A stretch of DNA of 62,885 nucleotides, the filler included, from Octopus bimaculoides (taxonomy: Eukaryota): assembly GCF_001194135.2 (NCBI RefSeq). It is 9 parts of 8 records of this genome, joined end to end, with 100 filler letters (N's around TTAATTAATTAA, not from the genome) between each part and the next. Parts side by side here need not be neighbours in the genome. Positions count along the whole stretch, not along the records: positions 6,770 to 14,992 come from NC_068996.1; positions 15,093 to 24,947 come from NC_068993.1; positions 25,048 to 44,438 come from NC_068998.1; 6 more parts are not named here. One strand, 5' to 3'. Of the stretch, positions 11,829-25,067 are shown piece after piece (positions within the stretch are counted from its first letter, which is position 1; every line of letters starts with the position of its first letter). Under the pieces are notes generated by a model that was not told the origin of the DNA, searched no databases, and saw nothing but the letters and a program-made list of their open reading frames with translations. The position numbers and the translations under genes were made by a program.

Positions 11829-12545
11829 GACTAGCTAGTTGAAAAAGTTTGTTTACCTCTCGTAAGGATATACTATTTCAGTGAAATACATTCACTGGTT
11901 ACAAAAATTAGAAATAAATTTCTAAATCTCTCAGAGAATAGTGAACTCGAAATGCAATGAGTAGATTGCTAACGTCATAACTGGGTACTTCGATTCCTTA
12001 AATTTCTAATTATATTGAAACTACAGTTTATGACTAGAACGACCGGTTATTCATGTATAATATATGGAATACTTGTCGTCGTAACCGACGGAATACTCTT
12101 CTGTAATATCATTTCCCGATTTCTCCTTTATTTCTGCCTGACTTATTTCACCTGGTTCATCTACTAAGTGTTTGCATTTGTAGTTCTGTTATAATTCTCT
12201 GATTTTAGTGCCTGGATCTAGTTTTATGTTCGTCATTTTAATCCCAGATGAATTACGTTGCTCAAAAGTCCTTCACCTGGACAATGTCATCTAAAAACGA
12301 AATTTACACTATCTTTATATAATATAAGAATTTTCCATCAAATTTTGTAACTATTGGTGGTTTCAGTTTTCAGTTTTTCAAAATGGAGTCGAGGCTGAAG
12401 TGAAGAGTGAAGAAAGGATAAAAAGTTTTTTTTAAATGCACCTCGTACAGAAAGAGGCTAAGTTTTTTTTTCACTCTTGATATGCATATTAATAACATCG
12501 CGGTGTTTATATGCAATTTCCTACAACGACTGCCGTTTTATGCTG

Positions 12546-12615
12546 TAAAATACGTTTCGGTGATCAATCTATGCCATATTTAATTTTGTCTTTTTTTGCC
12601 GTCTTCAGTTATTTC
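12546..12615 (-). ncRNA. Degenerate type I hammerhead motif
   Basis: AAUAA-CUGAAGA-CGG...CC-GAA-ACGU-A^UUUU. Core and ACGU palindrome present; stems I and II are poor. Confidence 0.4.
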
Positions 12616-12819
12616 TCGGTTCACAAAAAGCAATTCTTTACTCTTGAGTGTTCTTTTCTTTCAATGCATTCTTTCTTCTCAGATTATAAGTTATTACTTT
12701 CAGGAGGACAGTCAACCGGGATATTTTTCTTGTTATTTATGCTTGAGGCCCCTGATAAAGCAGATCTGCGTCGCATTTCAAGGTAAAGAGAAATACAAGG
12801 GTGGTGGTCATAGATATTA

Positions 12820-12851
12820 CTAGCTGACCCCGGGCCGTCAAAAATGATGGC
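12820..12851 (-). mobile_element. Helitron-type 3' terminus (hairpin + CTAG)
   Basis: Minus strand: GCCATCA-TTTT-TGACGGC hairpin, 10 nt, CTAG, then T. Confidence 0.5.
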
Positions 12852-13448
12852 TAATTGTAGTATTTATATATAAATGAGGAACATAATAATCTCACATACA
12901 AACATTCACATACTTCCCTTGTACACGCACACACATACACACATATACTCACACAGAGTTGAAACGCTGTTTGATTTTCTTTTCAGCGTTGAACGTTCGC
13001 TATCCCATTTTCTTTGCACCCCCACACATTCATATACCTCACTTTTACATACACACACATATACTCACACAGAGTTGAAATGCTGATTTTTTCCCCCACT
13101 CCTTTCTTCCTTATTCATCTATTACCCCTTCCTTTCTCTTATTGCTATTACTTTCTCTCACTCCCTCTCAGTCATGGCTATTACTCTCACTACTTCTCCT
13201 TCGCTGAATTACTATTTTCTCTCCTCTCCCTTCACTTATACCACTCTTTCTCCTACTCCGTCCTACTCCTACTCTGTGATTTTGGACAAATGTATACACA
13301 CACACACACACACACACACATNNNNNNNNNNCACTCTTTCTCCTACTCCGTCCTACTCCTACTCTGTGATTTTGGACAAATGTATACACACACACACACA
13401 CACACACACATACACACACACACACATACACACACACACATACATACA

Positions 13449-13512
<64 letters not shown>

Positions 13513-14578
13513 AATATAAACACTACACTCATTATTATATTAGGAGATTACTAAAGCCGATCCTTAGCTTGTCATCACCTTCACAGCATAATGCAGGTTG
13601 CTGATGAGTACAGATATGACCTACAACAAAGATGCAGTTGGGTAGAGTCTGCATGGATCTTAAGTTATGATGATCCAAAGACTACAAAGCTACTCTAAAG
13701 TTATATTCCACCGAGGGTGCGAAGATGAGGTCGATCCAAAAGATGGTTGTTAGTATAGAAAAGGCATTTATTAGATGTGTTCTAACAAAAAGCCACTCGA
13801 AGGTCTTCTGCCAAGAAGAAGAAAAAAATTAAAAAGAAGGCGGTGGACAAGGGCAAAAATAGCAACAGAAGTGAAGAACTAAGGTTGCAGTCGCAGCTTC
13901 CCTCAGCTCCAAGAATAATTAGAACTGAAGTAAAGCCAAACGAAATCGTTTAATCCTTTGTAATACCAGCACTAGGAGCCGAAGAACTGAGGAATTAGGG
14001 CACGAAGAAACTTATGGAATTCCTCTCGCAACACACAATACGAGCAGTATTTCCACCCTGTCGTTTTGTGGCAACGGAGGGGAGATAGGGTTTCAAGAAA
14101 GGCATTAAATCACCGGGAACAATAAAAAACGAAAGAAATAGAAAAAAAGAGAAAGGGCGAACTCAGAATAAAAGATTATAAGTGACTGGGCACTTTAGGA
14201 TAATTAGAAGGGATAGCGGTAGCCTACTCGATTTGATGCCGAACCTAAAAGACGACAAAATACAATACAGATTGAAGAGGGAATGTCGGGAGTGAATGTC
14301 AGGTATCTCCAGGGATGAAAATCCACATCGGTGCTTTTTCAATAATTAAGGGATTACTGCCAAGAAGATGTGGGATTCTTTACAGCTTGGTTATAATCGA
14401 AGATGCTCACAAAGAACCCAATTTGCAGAATGTGATCGGAGCAGAGGGTGGTCAGAGTTGTGGCGCATCCTGATCTTATTTAGATGGCAGCTTCGCACCC
14501 GTGTATGGGTGGATGGCCATTTTTGTTTACTTTTTCAGGAACATTTTTAACCTGTTTTAATATATTATACCAAGAGGT

Positions 14579-14817
14579 GTGAAGGGGCGTGGCCTAGTGG
14601 TTAGGCTGTTGAACTCACGATCGTTAGGTCATGGGTTCGATTCTTGAGCAAAACACTTCATTTCACATTGCTCCAGTACCCCTTTCGATAAGGGGGAAAT
14701 GTTGGTCTGCTCGCCTAACCAGCGGGGTGGCGTCATTCGAAAGCTAAAACAATGCAAAAAGCGCATTGTGACTGGCGATGTGTAATAGTATCTGATTGTC
14801 TGGTCGGTCACGTGATA
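14579..14817 (+). mobile_element. tRNA-headed CORE-like SINE (family D)
   Basis: GTGGCCTAGTGGTTAGG A-box, GGGTTCGATTC B-box and CTTGAGCAAAACACTTCATTTCACATTGCTCCAG core shared with family C, but a different tail. Confidence 0.75.
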
Positions 14818-15092
14818 CTATGATATTATCCCACCTCTCGTTTATTACATGTATATGCATCTCCGCCTGTTTTGCGACCCTTTTGTTGTAAAATATGATT
14901 TTGCTTTGTACATGTAGATCCTTGCAGACAAAAAGCATTACTAAACGAAAATTTCTTTGGAATATTTGCCAATTAGATTTTTAGTTATTTTANNNNNNNN
15001 NNNNNNNNNNNNNNNNNNNNNNNNNNNNNNNNNNNNTTAATTAATTAANNNNNNNNNNNNNNNNNNNNNNNNNNNNNNNNNNNNNNNNNNNN

Positions 15093-15129
<37 letters not shown>

Positions 15130-15540
15130 GAATGTTGGCTGCAGCAATTTTAAAATGTATCTGTGTGTTTGTATCTGTGCATGTGTGTGCCAAATAGATT
15201 GCAGTGCTTTTAAAAAGTATATAATTATATATATATATGCTTATGTCCATGTATTTGTGCCCCTGTCTGTGTGTCTAAGTATGTTTAGATAACTGTGCTT
15301 TTAAAAATGTATGTATTTGTGTGTGTGTGTGCGTGTGTGTGTGTGTGAGTGTGTGTGGTTCATTGCAGAGCAGTAGTGGGAGGTGTTGGTGGCAGAAAGT
15401 AATATTTAACTACAAATTTGAAAAAAGAATTTTAGTAGTAGTAGTAGTAGTAGTAGATTTTGGCAGTAGTGGTTGTAGTGATAGTAATAGTAGTAGGGGT
15501 GGTGGTAGTATCATTGTTGGCAATGTTGTTGTTGTAGTTG

Positions 15541-15968
15541 ATGTTTAGTTCTACAGACAACCCTGATTCACCAGATGAGGATTCCCAACCCATGCACCTG
15601 TTATACTCAGGCCAGGCATAGTATAACCTAGGACTACATTATCCAGTGTGCTCTGCTTTGTGAAAGCTGCTAAAGGTGAGATTTGCGGAGAAATTTTAAC
15701 TGCTATTTCTAGCTGGTCGAGCGACAGACCTGGAGGTCCCCTTCTTTGCCCAACAATATCGCTGTAGCAGTAATAGCTTAGCCCCAGGTCGGTTTTGGTT
15801 GGAAAGACCAGTGATCAAAACCATTCCGACCGTGACCATTCCATTTATGCCTAACAGACTCTGGGTGATATAGTTTTGACAATGTATTTTTTTTTTATAA
15901 TGGTAGTGTGATTTCAGGGTGATTTGGCTGCTATTTTCAGCATAAGCTTGCGACCATATAGTAGCTTC
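15541..15968 (-). repeat. Two adjacent copies of short (AAC)n-tailed repeat family E
   Basis: Motifs TAGCCCCAGGTC and GATTTGGCTGCTATTTCTAGC recur at about 10 sites in the window. Confidence 0.6.
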
Positions 15969-16495
15969 ATAGTCGGCCCGCCCACCATATATGGGTGGTG
16001 ATGTAGATGGTGGAGGTGGCGACGGGGGTGCTGAGGGTTGTACTTTGATGGTGTCGGTAGAAGCGGTAAAGGCAGTATACGATGGTGGTGGTGGTGGTGG
16101 TGATGTTGTTAGAGACGAGCAGAGGTACTTTGGTAGTGGTGCTGGTCGTGTTGGAAGCAATGGTGCTGGTGGTTGTGGTGGTGGTTGTGATGTTGGTGGT
16201 GGTAGTGGTGGTGATGTGGTCGCGATAACGGTAAAGATGAAATATGATGATGATGATAACGATTGTGGTCATAGTCATGATGATGATGGTGGTTGTGGTG
16301 GTGATGATGATGATTCCGGCAACACTGATGCCGGTCCTGCTTCTTGTAGTTAAATATACGATGGCAGAATGGGCCCAGGAGGGGAGCGATCACCGAGGGC
16401 GGAGGAAAGCTAAAAAAAAACCTACTGAATATATATATATACACGCACACGTTTGTATGTGTGAATGAATGTCTAGAAATATGTGTTTAAAAGTT

Positions 16496-16700
16496 GTTTG
16501 TTTAGCCTCAGGTCAGCTCCCACTGAGCAGTCCGAAGAACAAAGGCGTTCTAACCATGACTGCTCCATCTTTTCAGACGTAATATATAGAGGATGAAATT
16601 ATCCAATGTATCTTTTCATTCTTTCTTTTTCAAAGATGGTACGTAGGACGCGATTTGGTAAAGAGTTGGCTGTCTTTTCTAGCACAGAGTTACGACATTT
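16496..16700 (-). repeat. Family E copy
   Basis: GTTTAGCCTCAGGTCAG...GGCTGTCTTTTCTAGC. Confidence 0.6.
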
Positions 16701-16759
16701 CGTTCGTATACCTGATACACACACTAACACACATCCTCAGATAAAATGTATATAAACAT

Positions 16760-16804
<45 letters not shown>

Positions 16805-16918
16805 TGGGTATTTCACTGCGTTTATATATTACTATTGAACCTAGAGTTTAATTACGGTCCTTCCATACGGCACTTATATAGCCTTACCTGCCACCTTGGG
16901 TCTTCTGGATACCAATAC

Positions 16919-16980
<62 letters not shown>

Positions 16981-17878
16981 GTATGTATATATGTATTATG
17001 TACGTATACGTGTAGGCATGTGTATAAATACATCAATTTTCTACGCGTATATAGAATCTAATACGAACTGTGTGTGTGTGTTATGTGTCTCTTTGCGTCT
17101 GTATACGTGCTTCTGTATGTTTGTGTCTGGTTTGTGTATCCGTCTGCTTGTTCATGTGTATCAGTATGTATGCTTACTCATGTGTGTATGTGTGTGCCTA
17201 TGCAGTTGTGTTTGTATGTGTATATCTTCCCGTGCACCTGTGAATGTGTATATGACTGCTTGTGCCTCTGTCCGCGCGAGTATGTGTTTGTCTGCGATCC
17301 TGTATTCCTGCGTGAGTGTGTGTGAGTATCTATGCATGCGTGTGTGTGTGTTTATTTGCCAGTGACCCTGTTATTTTTACGTGCGTGTGTGTGTGTATGC
17401 CTGTGTGAGTCTATGAGTATATGTCTATGTGTGCGCATGTACGTGGTGTATTTGTTGGTTTTGATGGCGGTTATGTGTGTGAAAGATAGTATTTGCATGT
17501 GATGTTGTTGTTGTTGGTGGTGGTGGCAGTGCTGGGTATAGAATCAGCAGTGGGAGTGAGTTTAGTACGTACAACATCAAGTGTTAATGATAGTGACAGT
17601 GGCGGTGGTAGTAGTGATGGAGGTGGCGGAACAGTGGTGATAGCCGTAGTAGTTGGTTCTAAGAGGGTGGTGGGTGGCCGTTGAAATCCAGAAAGCAGGA
17701 TTCTGTGAAGAGTAATAATGTAAACCAACAGAAAAAACTTTAAAAAGAACTACAAAAAAAAAAGAAAGAAAGAAAAAAGATCTAGGTGGACTCTAGACCG
17801 TGCAAGGAATAGCAGCCAATTTTTTCTCATATCACACTCTAATGTCAATCATTTCGTTGATAGTAAAATATAGCAAAC

Positions 17879-18091
17879 AAGGCGGCGAGTTGGCAGAAAC
17901 GTTAGCACGCCGGGCGAAATGTTTAGCGGTATTTCGTCCGTCTTTACATTCTGAGTTCAAATTCTGCTGAAGTTGACTTTGCCTTTCATCCTTTCGGGGT
18001 CGATAAATTAAGTACCAGTTGCATACAGGAGTCGATCTAATCGACTGGCCCCCTCCCACAAAAATTTCAGGCCTTGTACCTAGAGTAGAAA
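17879..18091 (+). mobile_element. SINE family B with 17-bp target site duplication
   Basis: AGTAAAATATAGCAAAC at 17862-17878 and 18092-18108 flanks a full copy. Confidence 0.93.
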
Positions 18092-19474
18092 AGTAAAATA
18101 TAGCAAACGGATTTGTGTCGGTTTCGACGGGGAGTCAGTCATTCTATTATCTGAACTAATTACCCGCTTACTAATTATTTAGCGTGTAAAGTGGTTGAGT
18201 ATTTCTCAGACAGACGTAGTTTTCAATGTGAATCAGCGTAACAGTGTGAGAAAGATGTAAGTAACCATTGAATCACGTATACAATCTACCCGACTTAGCT
18301 TCCTCCTGCGCTGTTTCATCCACAAAGATTAAGTCGACCTAAAAACTAAGGTTTAAAAGATACCGAACGGTAAGACCGAACTGAAGTTCTCATAATTGCA
18401 AAGCGAACTTCCAAAGCAATCAGCTATATCTATTGAAAAGTATTACATGTATTCTTATATCTGTAATGGTTGGTATTAAGGTGTTGGTTGCCAGTGTAAC
18501 GATTTGTATTACGATATATGTTGGAGTCGGCAGTTAGCGATTGTGGATCTTGTTCAAAACGGGGGCACCAGTATTTTCTTAACGAAACACTTTGAAACTT
18601 GGGACACTGGTAGAATGTGTCATATAAAACATCTTTTTCTCTTAGTCTTCTTAACAAAAAAAAACGTACATCGCAAGTTATTTCATGTTAAAGTTGTCGT
18701 ATTTCTGTAATTTCAACCAATGGCTGACGTCCATTCAGCTGAATACAGTATGTGTGTACACGTTCTTATTGTTAGTAGTAATCCACAGATAGAGATAGAA
18801 TGATGTTGTAAGAGAAAAGAAATTGAGCTAGTGAAAGTTATAGAGTCGAGCGGCGTTATCTCATAATTGACTGGTTGTAACCTTCTTTCTCCTTCTGGCC
18901 GTTTGGTCTCGAGGTGGCCATGACTCTAGTTGGTCTCTATTCACTAACAAATTTTGCCTTACCAAATTTTAGTATTTATAACTATCCAAAATTAATTAGA
19001 AAGATTGTTGATAAATATTGTCGAGAACAATAGATTTCGTCGGTGGTACCTGTTATCTCAATTCTAACTTTTGGTGGCCTAGAAGAAGTTAGAAGGGTCA
19101 CGTGGCAAAGATATAATTCTGCTTAGCAAAGGCATCTGGGAAATGTAACTACTGTCACAAAAAAAAAAAGAAAGAAAAACATTGTTTTATAGCGAGAAAA
19201 GTGCTTTTGAGCTGTTAAGTGAAATTTGGCTTTCGAGGATCGAATCCACGCTCTGCCTGCATGAAGCCACTACATATCTTCTGTAGGCATATTACCAAAT
19301 TTCCGGTATACTTGATTTCAAAGCTTTAACGGATTATCACTTTGCCACACGATCCATGGTCAAGTAAGAGGTAACAGCGGAGTACGCCTAAGGTCCGTCA
19401 GTCCAGAAGTTTTCTTTTTGTTTGTTTATTAAGGCAGACCCATCATCGCCGGCTTGTCAGGTCTGTCGTGACTT

Positions 19475-19631
19475 CATTACAGTATTCATTTTTGCCAGCT
19501 GAGTGGACTGGCAAAACATGAAATGAAGTGTTTGGCTCAAGAACAAAACGTATCGCTCGGTCCTGGAACCGAAACCACAATCTTACGATCCTGCTGAAAC
19601 CAGTACCCTAATCACTAAGCCACGTGCCTCC
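19475..19631 (-). mobile_element. SINE family C, 5' half
   Basis: TTTTTGCCAGCTGAGTGGACTGG...CCTAATCACTAAGCCACGTGCC, homologous to 58200-58343. Confidence 0.75.
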
Positions 19632-19654
19632 AGCCATGATCACGTTCCAATGGC

Positions 19655-19852
19655 TTCAAATTTTGGCACAGAGTCAGCTGAGTTTGAGGAGAGGGAGGAG
19701 TTGATCACATCGACCTCCCTACTTGACGGGTACTTCTTTCTGTCGATTCCGAAAGGATGAAAGGTAAAGTCGACCTCAGAACACAAAGACAGGCAAAATA
19801 CCTCTTATCATTTAGTCCAGTCTGCTAACGATCCTGCTAGCTCGCTGCCTTA
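19655..19852 (-). mobile_element. SINE family B, degenerate
   Basis: CCGAAAGGATGAAAGGTAAAGTCGACC...GCTAACGATCCTGCTAGCTCGCTGCCTTA. Confidence 0.75.
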
Positions 19853-20948
19853 CGAGGTCATAATAATTATAGTAATTCATTAATATACCTCTAACCTACT
19901 AATTATACACCTTCCATACATCTTAAGTACCGTGAACTGCTTGAAACTTAAATTAAACAAATACAGGGTATTAAATATAAATTTGATACATGAAAGGCCG
20001 GTGAGTCATGTATTACATTAATACATTTATTAATTACTGTATTTACAAAGAGTGTTGTATCATTACTGCTTCGAAGGTGGCAAATTTTAGAATTTTAATG
20101 GATTTAATCACAGAGGTCTGCAAGATGAGGGTCATTAGAATTACCTGTCTGTTTTGTAGTTGATCGTAACATTTCGTGTGACATCTGGGCTGCTTGAAGT
20201 TGAAGTTCCAGGGCTTTACATAGTTTGCGTAATTAAACACCACGATCCATCAGTTCAACTTGGATACCACTGACACTCTCGGTTCTCTTATCAGTAGTGA
20301 CCATAACTAAGAGTAACTTTATGCTAAATAAGTGGAGGATCTTTCAAAGTTTTGGTATCGCCACAATCAAGTGCACTGCAATGCAGCGAAAGCACACAGG
20401 ACACACAACGCCATCTGTGGATGTGAAATGAACTAGATGGGCGGCCACGAGGATTTCAAGTTTCCTCTCGTAATTTATCCGGATTAAATGAGATAGAAGA
20501 CTATCAGTGACCGGAAAATCCGTAGTGTAATTGTACTTGTTCCGATCATTAGAATTTCACCCAATACATATTTTTTTAATATATATATTTTCAATATAAT
20601 TTTGATAGTTATCGATATCTTTCGTTGAACCGCTAATTGAAGGGGACGTAAACAAACCGATACCAGCTCGCCGCCTTAGACGGCGGTCATACTATCAGCA
20701 CCTTTTGCTTGTAAACGACCAGCGTAATAAATCATGTCCAGCAATAAATATGTTAAAAGTTAAAAGTTCGTGGCTTTGCTTCGCTTATTTTGCATGCAGC
20801 CAGCTTGCCCACACGACGATGGCCTTCACTCTAACAAACAATCACACTTCAATGGTAACCAAGCGTCCTCGCGACCCTCTGAGTCAGGTTGATAAGGGTA
20901 GGGTAACTAAAAGAAGGAAGAAATAAACCTTATAAATATAGCATGTCA

Positions 20949-21020
20949 GCGCGTGGTTTAGTGGTTAGGGTATTCGGCCCACGATCGTAAAGTCGTGAGT
21001 TCGATTTCCGACGGTGTGTT
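20949..21020 (+). mobile_element. SINE family C tRNA-like head only
   Basis: GCGTGGTTTAGTGGTTAGGGTATTCGGCCCACGATCGTAAAGTCGTGAGTTCGATT. Confidence 0.7.
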
Positions 21021-21234
21021 TATTTTTGCTCGTGGTTTTTCTATGTTAATTGTATGTTCATTTTAACATTGTGCTGTTTTATGTGTGTTGTTTTCGTTAT
21101 TAATCGCTTGATTTTTTATTCTGTAAAGAATTCGGTATAATATACATGTATTGTTTGCTAAAATTTTCCTATCTGTTTTCGTTTGTCTGTTGTGAAATGA
21201 AGTGCCTTACAATTATTTATTATTATAAGTGCAT

Positions 21235-21450
21235 AAGGTGGTGAGCTTGCAGAATCGTTACCACTCCGGACAAAATGTTTAAGGTATTTCGTCTGTTTTT
21301 AAGTTCTGAGTTCAAATGCCGCCGGAGTCGACTTTGCCTTTCATCCTTTCGGGGTCGATAAAGCAAGTACCAGTTGAGCCTTGAGGACGATATAATCAAC
21401 GTATCCCCTCCACCGAAATTGCCTGCCTTATCCCAAAATTTGAAGCCATT
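21235..21450 (+). mobile_element. SINE family B
   Basis: GTCGACTTTGCCTTTCATCCTTTCGGGGTCGATAAA core. Confidence 0.85.
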
Positions 21451-22707
21451 ATTATAACTGTATGCTAATCCAGCTAGAGAGTACTTTATGGACAATATAA
21501 CAGTTGGAGTCGTCAAGTTTACAACTCTCACACATTCAGTCAAATTTACAGACCATATTAGTCCTTTGCTGCTTCTCAGGTTTAGATGCTTGTATTTTGT
21601 TGTTGACAAGGAGATTTTGATTTCAGTGGTTTTGTAATATATTATTAATGTTAATTCCTGGTTAGAACTAATCTACTGAACGCTCCATTTTATGAGGATT
21701 TCGATTATGGTTTCGTCTTTTATACAGTTAGTTATACATTGGATTCACATAAAACGCTTTCTGTGTGGTCTATATAGTTCTAACAGATGTAGGGTCTGAT
21801 TTATTTGTTGCGGTGTATTTCTAACTATATTGATCTAAGTTATTTGGTTCTTTAGACGTGCCCATTCTGTCTTTTTTCTTTGACTTCATTATTCGATGTG
21901 CCATTCTCCGACAAGAGCGTGCGTAATTTGAGCAAGATTTGGCTGCTATTTCTAGTAAACCGAGGGACCACATAGAAGTTCCATAGTCGGCTGTTGTTTT
22001 TGTTGTTGTTGTTGTTGTTTAGCAAGATAACCATTTCCAAGAGAGAAAGGGTGAGGGTATGGAATTACTCTTATCAGTTCTGCAGCGAGAACCTGGCGGA
22101 GCAAACTTCCTCCTGTTGACTCCCGAAATGGTGTGTGTGTGTGCATGTGTGCGTGTGTCTGGCTACTTGTAGGCAAGAGGGGGCTGCGAGTGGGAGGTGC
22201 AACAGAATACAGAGTAAAGAAGAAAATGTGGTGATGGAAATCATGGTGTTGTTGTTGTTGTTGTTGTTGGTGGTGGTGGTGATGGTAGTGTTGACAGTGA
22301 TGATGATGATGATGGTGGTGGTGGTCGTGGCGGTGGTGGCGGTAGTGGTGAGGATGAATGGGATGTCGATGCTTATTGTGACGATGATGATGATGATGAT
22401 GCGGGAGGGGAGGAGGATGGTAGCGCTGATAAAAAAAGTAGAAGAGAAGTATGAGTGAGTGAGAGAGGCAGGAGATAGAGGGGGGGGGAGAAAAGTGAGA
22501 AAGATAGTAATTGAGAGAGAGAGGGGGAGAGGTAGAATGAGGGGAAAGGGATGAGCTAGTGATTGAAAGACGATGGAAAGAGAAAGGACAAGGGAACGAG
22601 AGAAAGAGAGAGAGGGAAAGGGAGAGAGATAGAGAGAGGGGTAGAGANNNNNNNNNNNNNNNNNNNNNNNNNNNNNNNNNNNNNNNNNNNNNNNNNNNNN
22701 NNNNNNN

Positions 22708-22900
22708 AGAGAGAGGTGGGGGTAGAGATAGAGATAGAGAGGTGGAGGTAGAGATAGAGAGAGAGAGGTGGGGGTAGAGATAGAGAGAGAGAGGGGTGGG
22801 GTAGAGATAGAGATAGAGAGGTGGGGTAGAGATAGAGAGAGAGAGGTGGGGTAGAGAGAGAGAGGTGGGGTAGAGAGAGAGAGGTGGGGGTAGAGATAGA
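22708..22900. repeat. Purine-rich minisatellite, unit approximately GAGGTGGGGTAGAGATAGAGAGA
   Basis: About 7 imperfect tandem units are visible. Confidence 0.85.
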
Positions 22901-23029
22901 GGTGATGATATCTGTGTGTGTTACAAAAAAGAGATGATTAAAGATGATGAAGGAAGAGGCCGAGGGTGTCAGTCTGTTTGAATGGGGTGGTAATCGGGTG
23001 TCAATCGGGTGGATGGTTTTTGCCACGTC

Positions 23030-23200
23030 GTTTTAGCATTTAACCCCAGGTCAGCACGAAGACATTCCAACGATGACCATTCCGATGATTATGCTAATCT
23101 AAGTCTATACACTATATACTGTGTTAAATGTGTGTGCCTTCCTTAAAACCCCAGGAAGTGCTTTGACAGAGATTTGACTGCTATTTTTAGAAGATGCAAC
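23030..23200 (-). repeat. Family E copy
   Basis: TTTAACCCCAGGTCAG...GATTTGACTGCTATTTTTAG. Confidence 0.6.
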
Positions 23201-23247
23201 CTTTCCTGGGGTAACTATAACGAACAGTTGTTCTTTTATGTGTTATC

Positions 23248-23460
23248 TTTTACTGGGTTTCAATCGTTGGACTGCGGCCATGCTGGAACACTGCCTTGAC
23301 AGTACATTTCTTTAAAGCCAGGTACTTATTCTATCGGTCTCTTTTGCCGAACCGCTAAGTTATGGAGGCGTAAACACACCAATATCGATTTTCAAGCTAT
23401 GGTGGATGGGTGGGGGACACACACAAACGCAGACACGAAAACACACATAAATATGTACAT

Positions 23461-23495
<35 letters not shown>

Positions 23496-23560
23496 TATAT
23501 ATATACACGACCGGCTTCTTTCAGTTTCAGCATACTAAATCCACCCACAAAGGCTTTGGT
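23248..23560 (-). mobile_element. SINE family A, 3' half plus part of head (runs into gap)
   Basis: TACTTATTCTATCGGTCTCTTTTGCCGAACCGCTAAGTTA is identical to 5327-5366. Confidence 0.88.
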
Positions 23561-23887
23561 NNNNNNNNNNNNNNNNNNNNNNNNNNNNNNNNNNNNNNNN
23601 NNNNNNNNNNNNNNNNNNNNNNNNNNNNNNNNNNNNNNNNNNNNNNNNNNNNNNNNNNNNNNNNNNNNNNNNNNNNNNNNNNNNNNNNNNNNNNNNNNNN
23701 NNNNNNNNNNNNNNNNNNNNNNNNNNNNNNNNNNNNNNNNNNNNNNNNNNNNNNNNNNNNNNNNNNNNNNNNNNNNNNNNNNNNNNNNNNNNNNNNNNNN
23801 NNNNNNNNNNNNNNNNNNNNNNNNNNNNNNNNNNNNNNNNNNNNNNNNNNNNNNNNNNNNNNNNNNATATATATATATATATATATA

Positions 23888-24040
23888 TACGACGCTCTTC
23901 TGCACAGTTACCGTTTCCCAAATTCACTCGCTAGTCGCTCCAGGGCTACATAGTAGAAAGCCCTACCTAAAGCTGCCACGATTGGGACTGAACCTGAAAC
24001 CATTTGGCTGCAAAACGAGTTTCTTGACCACACAATCATG
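23888..24040 (-). mobile_element. SINE family A head, degenerate
   Basis: ACGACG...TAGTAGAAAG...GGGACTGAACCTGAAACCAT. Confidence 0.65.
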
Positions 24041-24279
24041 TCGTTATTACTGTTGTTTATAGTCTTATGATGAAATATATTCCAGTGTCCCATCACTGAC
24101 GGTCTCGTCTCGTTCGTCTTAGTGTATATCTAGAACTACGATATCTGTAGTGACAGAAAGGTGATGGATCGAATGAGATTTAGCTGCTATTTTTAACGGA
24201 TCGAATGTTCTACAAGATGGGATGGCGTATGGACAGCGTGCAGGCGTGCTGGGACTATACAACTGGGTGTTTATGTGTG

Positions 24280-24757
24280 TATGTGTACATGTGTGTGTGT
24301 GTGTACGCATGCGGGTGCGAGATTGTAAGTTTGTCTCTTTGGTTGTTGTTCTGTGCGTGTGTGAATATGTGTGTGAGTGAGTGCTATGTGTGTGTGTGTG
24401 TGTGTTTGTATGTGCGTTTGTTGGAATGCTGTGTGTTCTTGTGAGTGTTTGTTGGAATGCTGTATGTGTATGTGCGTGCATGTGTATGAGAGTGCTGTAT
24501 TTTTGTGTGTGTGCGTGTGTATTAGCGCTGTATGCATGTATGTGTGTGAGTGTGTATATCCGTGTGTCTGTGTGTTTGTAGGCTTGTTTGTGTGCGTGTG
24601 TTCGTACATCAATCTGAGGATATGAGTCCTCTCCGTGTATGTGTGTGTGTGTTAGGGAGCTGTGTGTCTGTGATGTGCGGTGTATGTATGTGCAAGAGTG
24701 TTGTATATGCATGTGTCTGAGAGAATTTGTACGCTTATCGTATTGTGAGTGCATGTA

Positions 24758-24797
<40 letters not shown>

Positions 24798-24915
24798 TAT
24801 GTGTGTGTTCCTGCAGCTGTCTGTATGTTGGTATTTGAGTGCCGCGTGCGTGTGTACGTTTGCGTGTGTGTATGCATGCGTACGAATTTGTGTATCTATA
24901 TAGTGTGTGTGTGTG
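24280..24915. repeat. Degenerate (TG)n field
   Basis: Directly visible. It explains the HT/VC-rich ORFs. Confidence 0.9.
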
Positions 24916-25067
24916 TAATTTGGAGAAAAAGTCGTGTACCCCCCCCCNNNNNNNNNNNNNNNNNNNNNNNNNNNNNNNNNNNNNNNNNNNNTTAATTAAT
25001 TAANNNNNNNNNNNNNNNNNNNNNNNNNNNNNNNNNNNNNNNNNNNNAACCTGGCCCTGAGATGGGG

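Noticed and set aside
13598-13630. CTGATGAG motif
   Set aside because: No GAAA or stem II follows.
13620-14500. Purine-rich coding-like stretch
   Set aside because: Only a weak GRSKRW LINE-like hint; no frame gave a recognisable domain.
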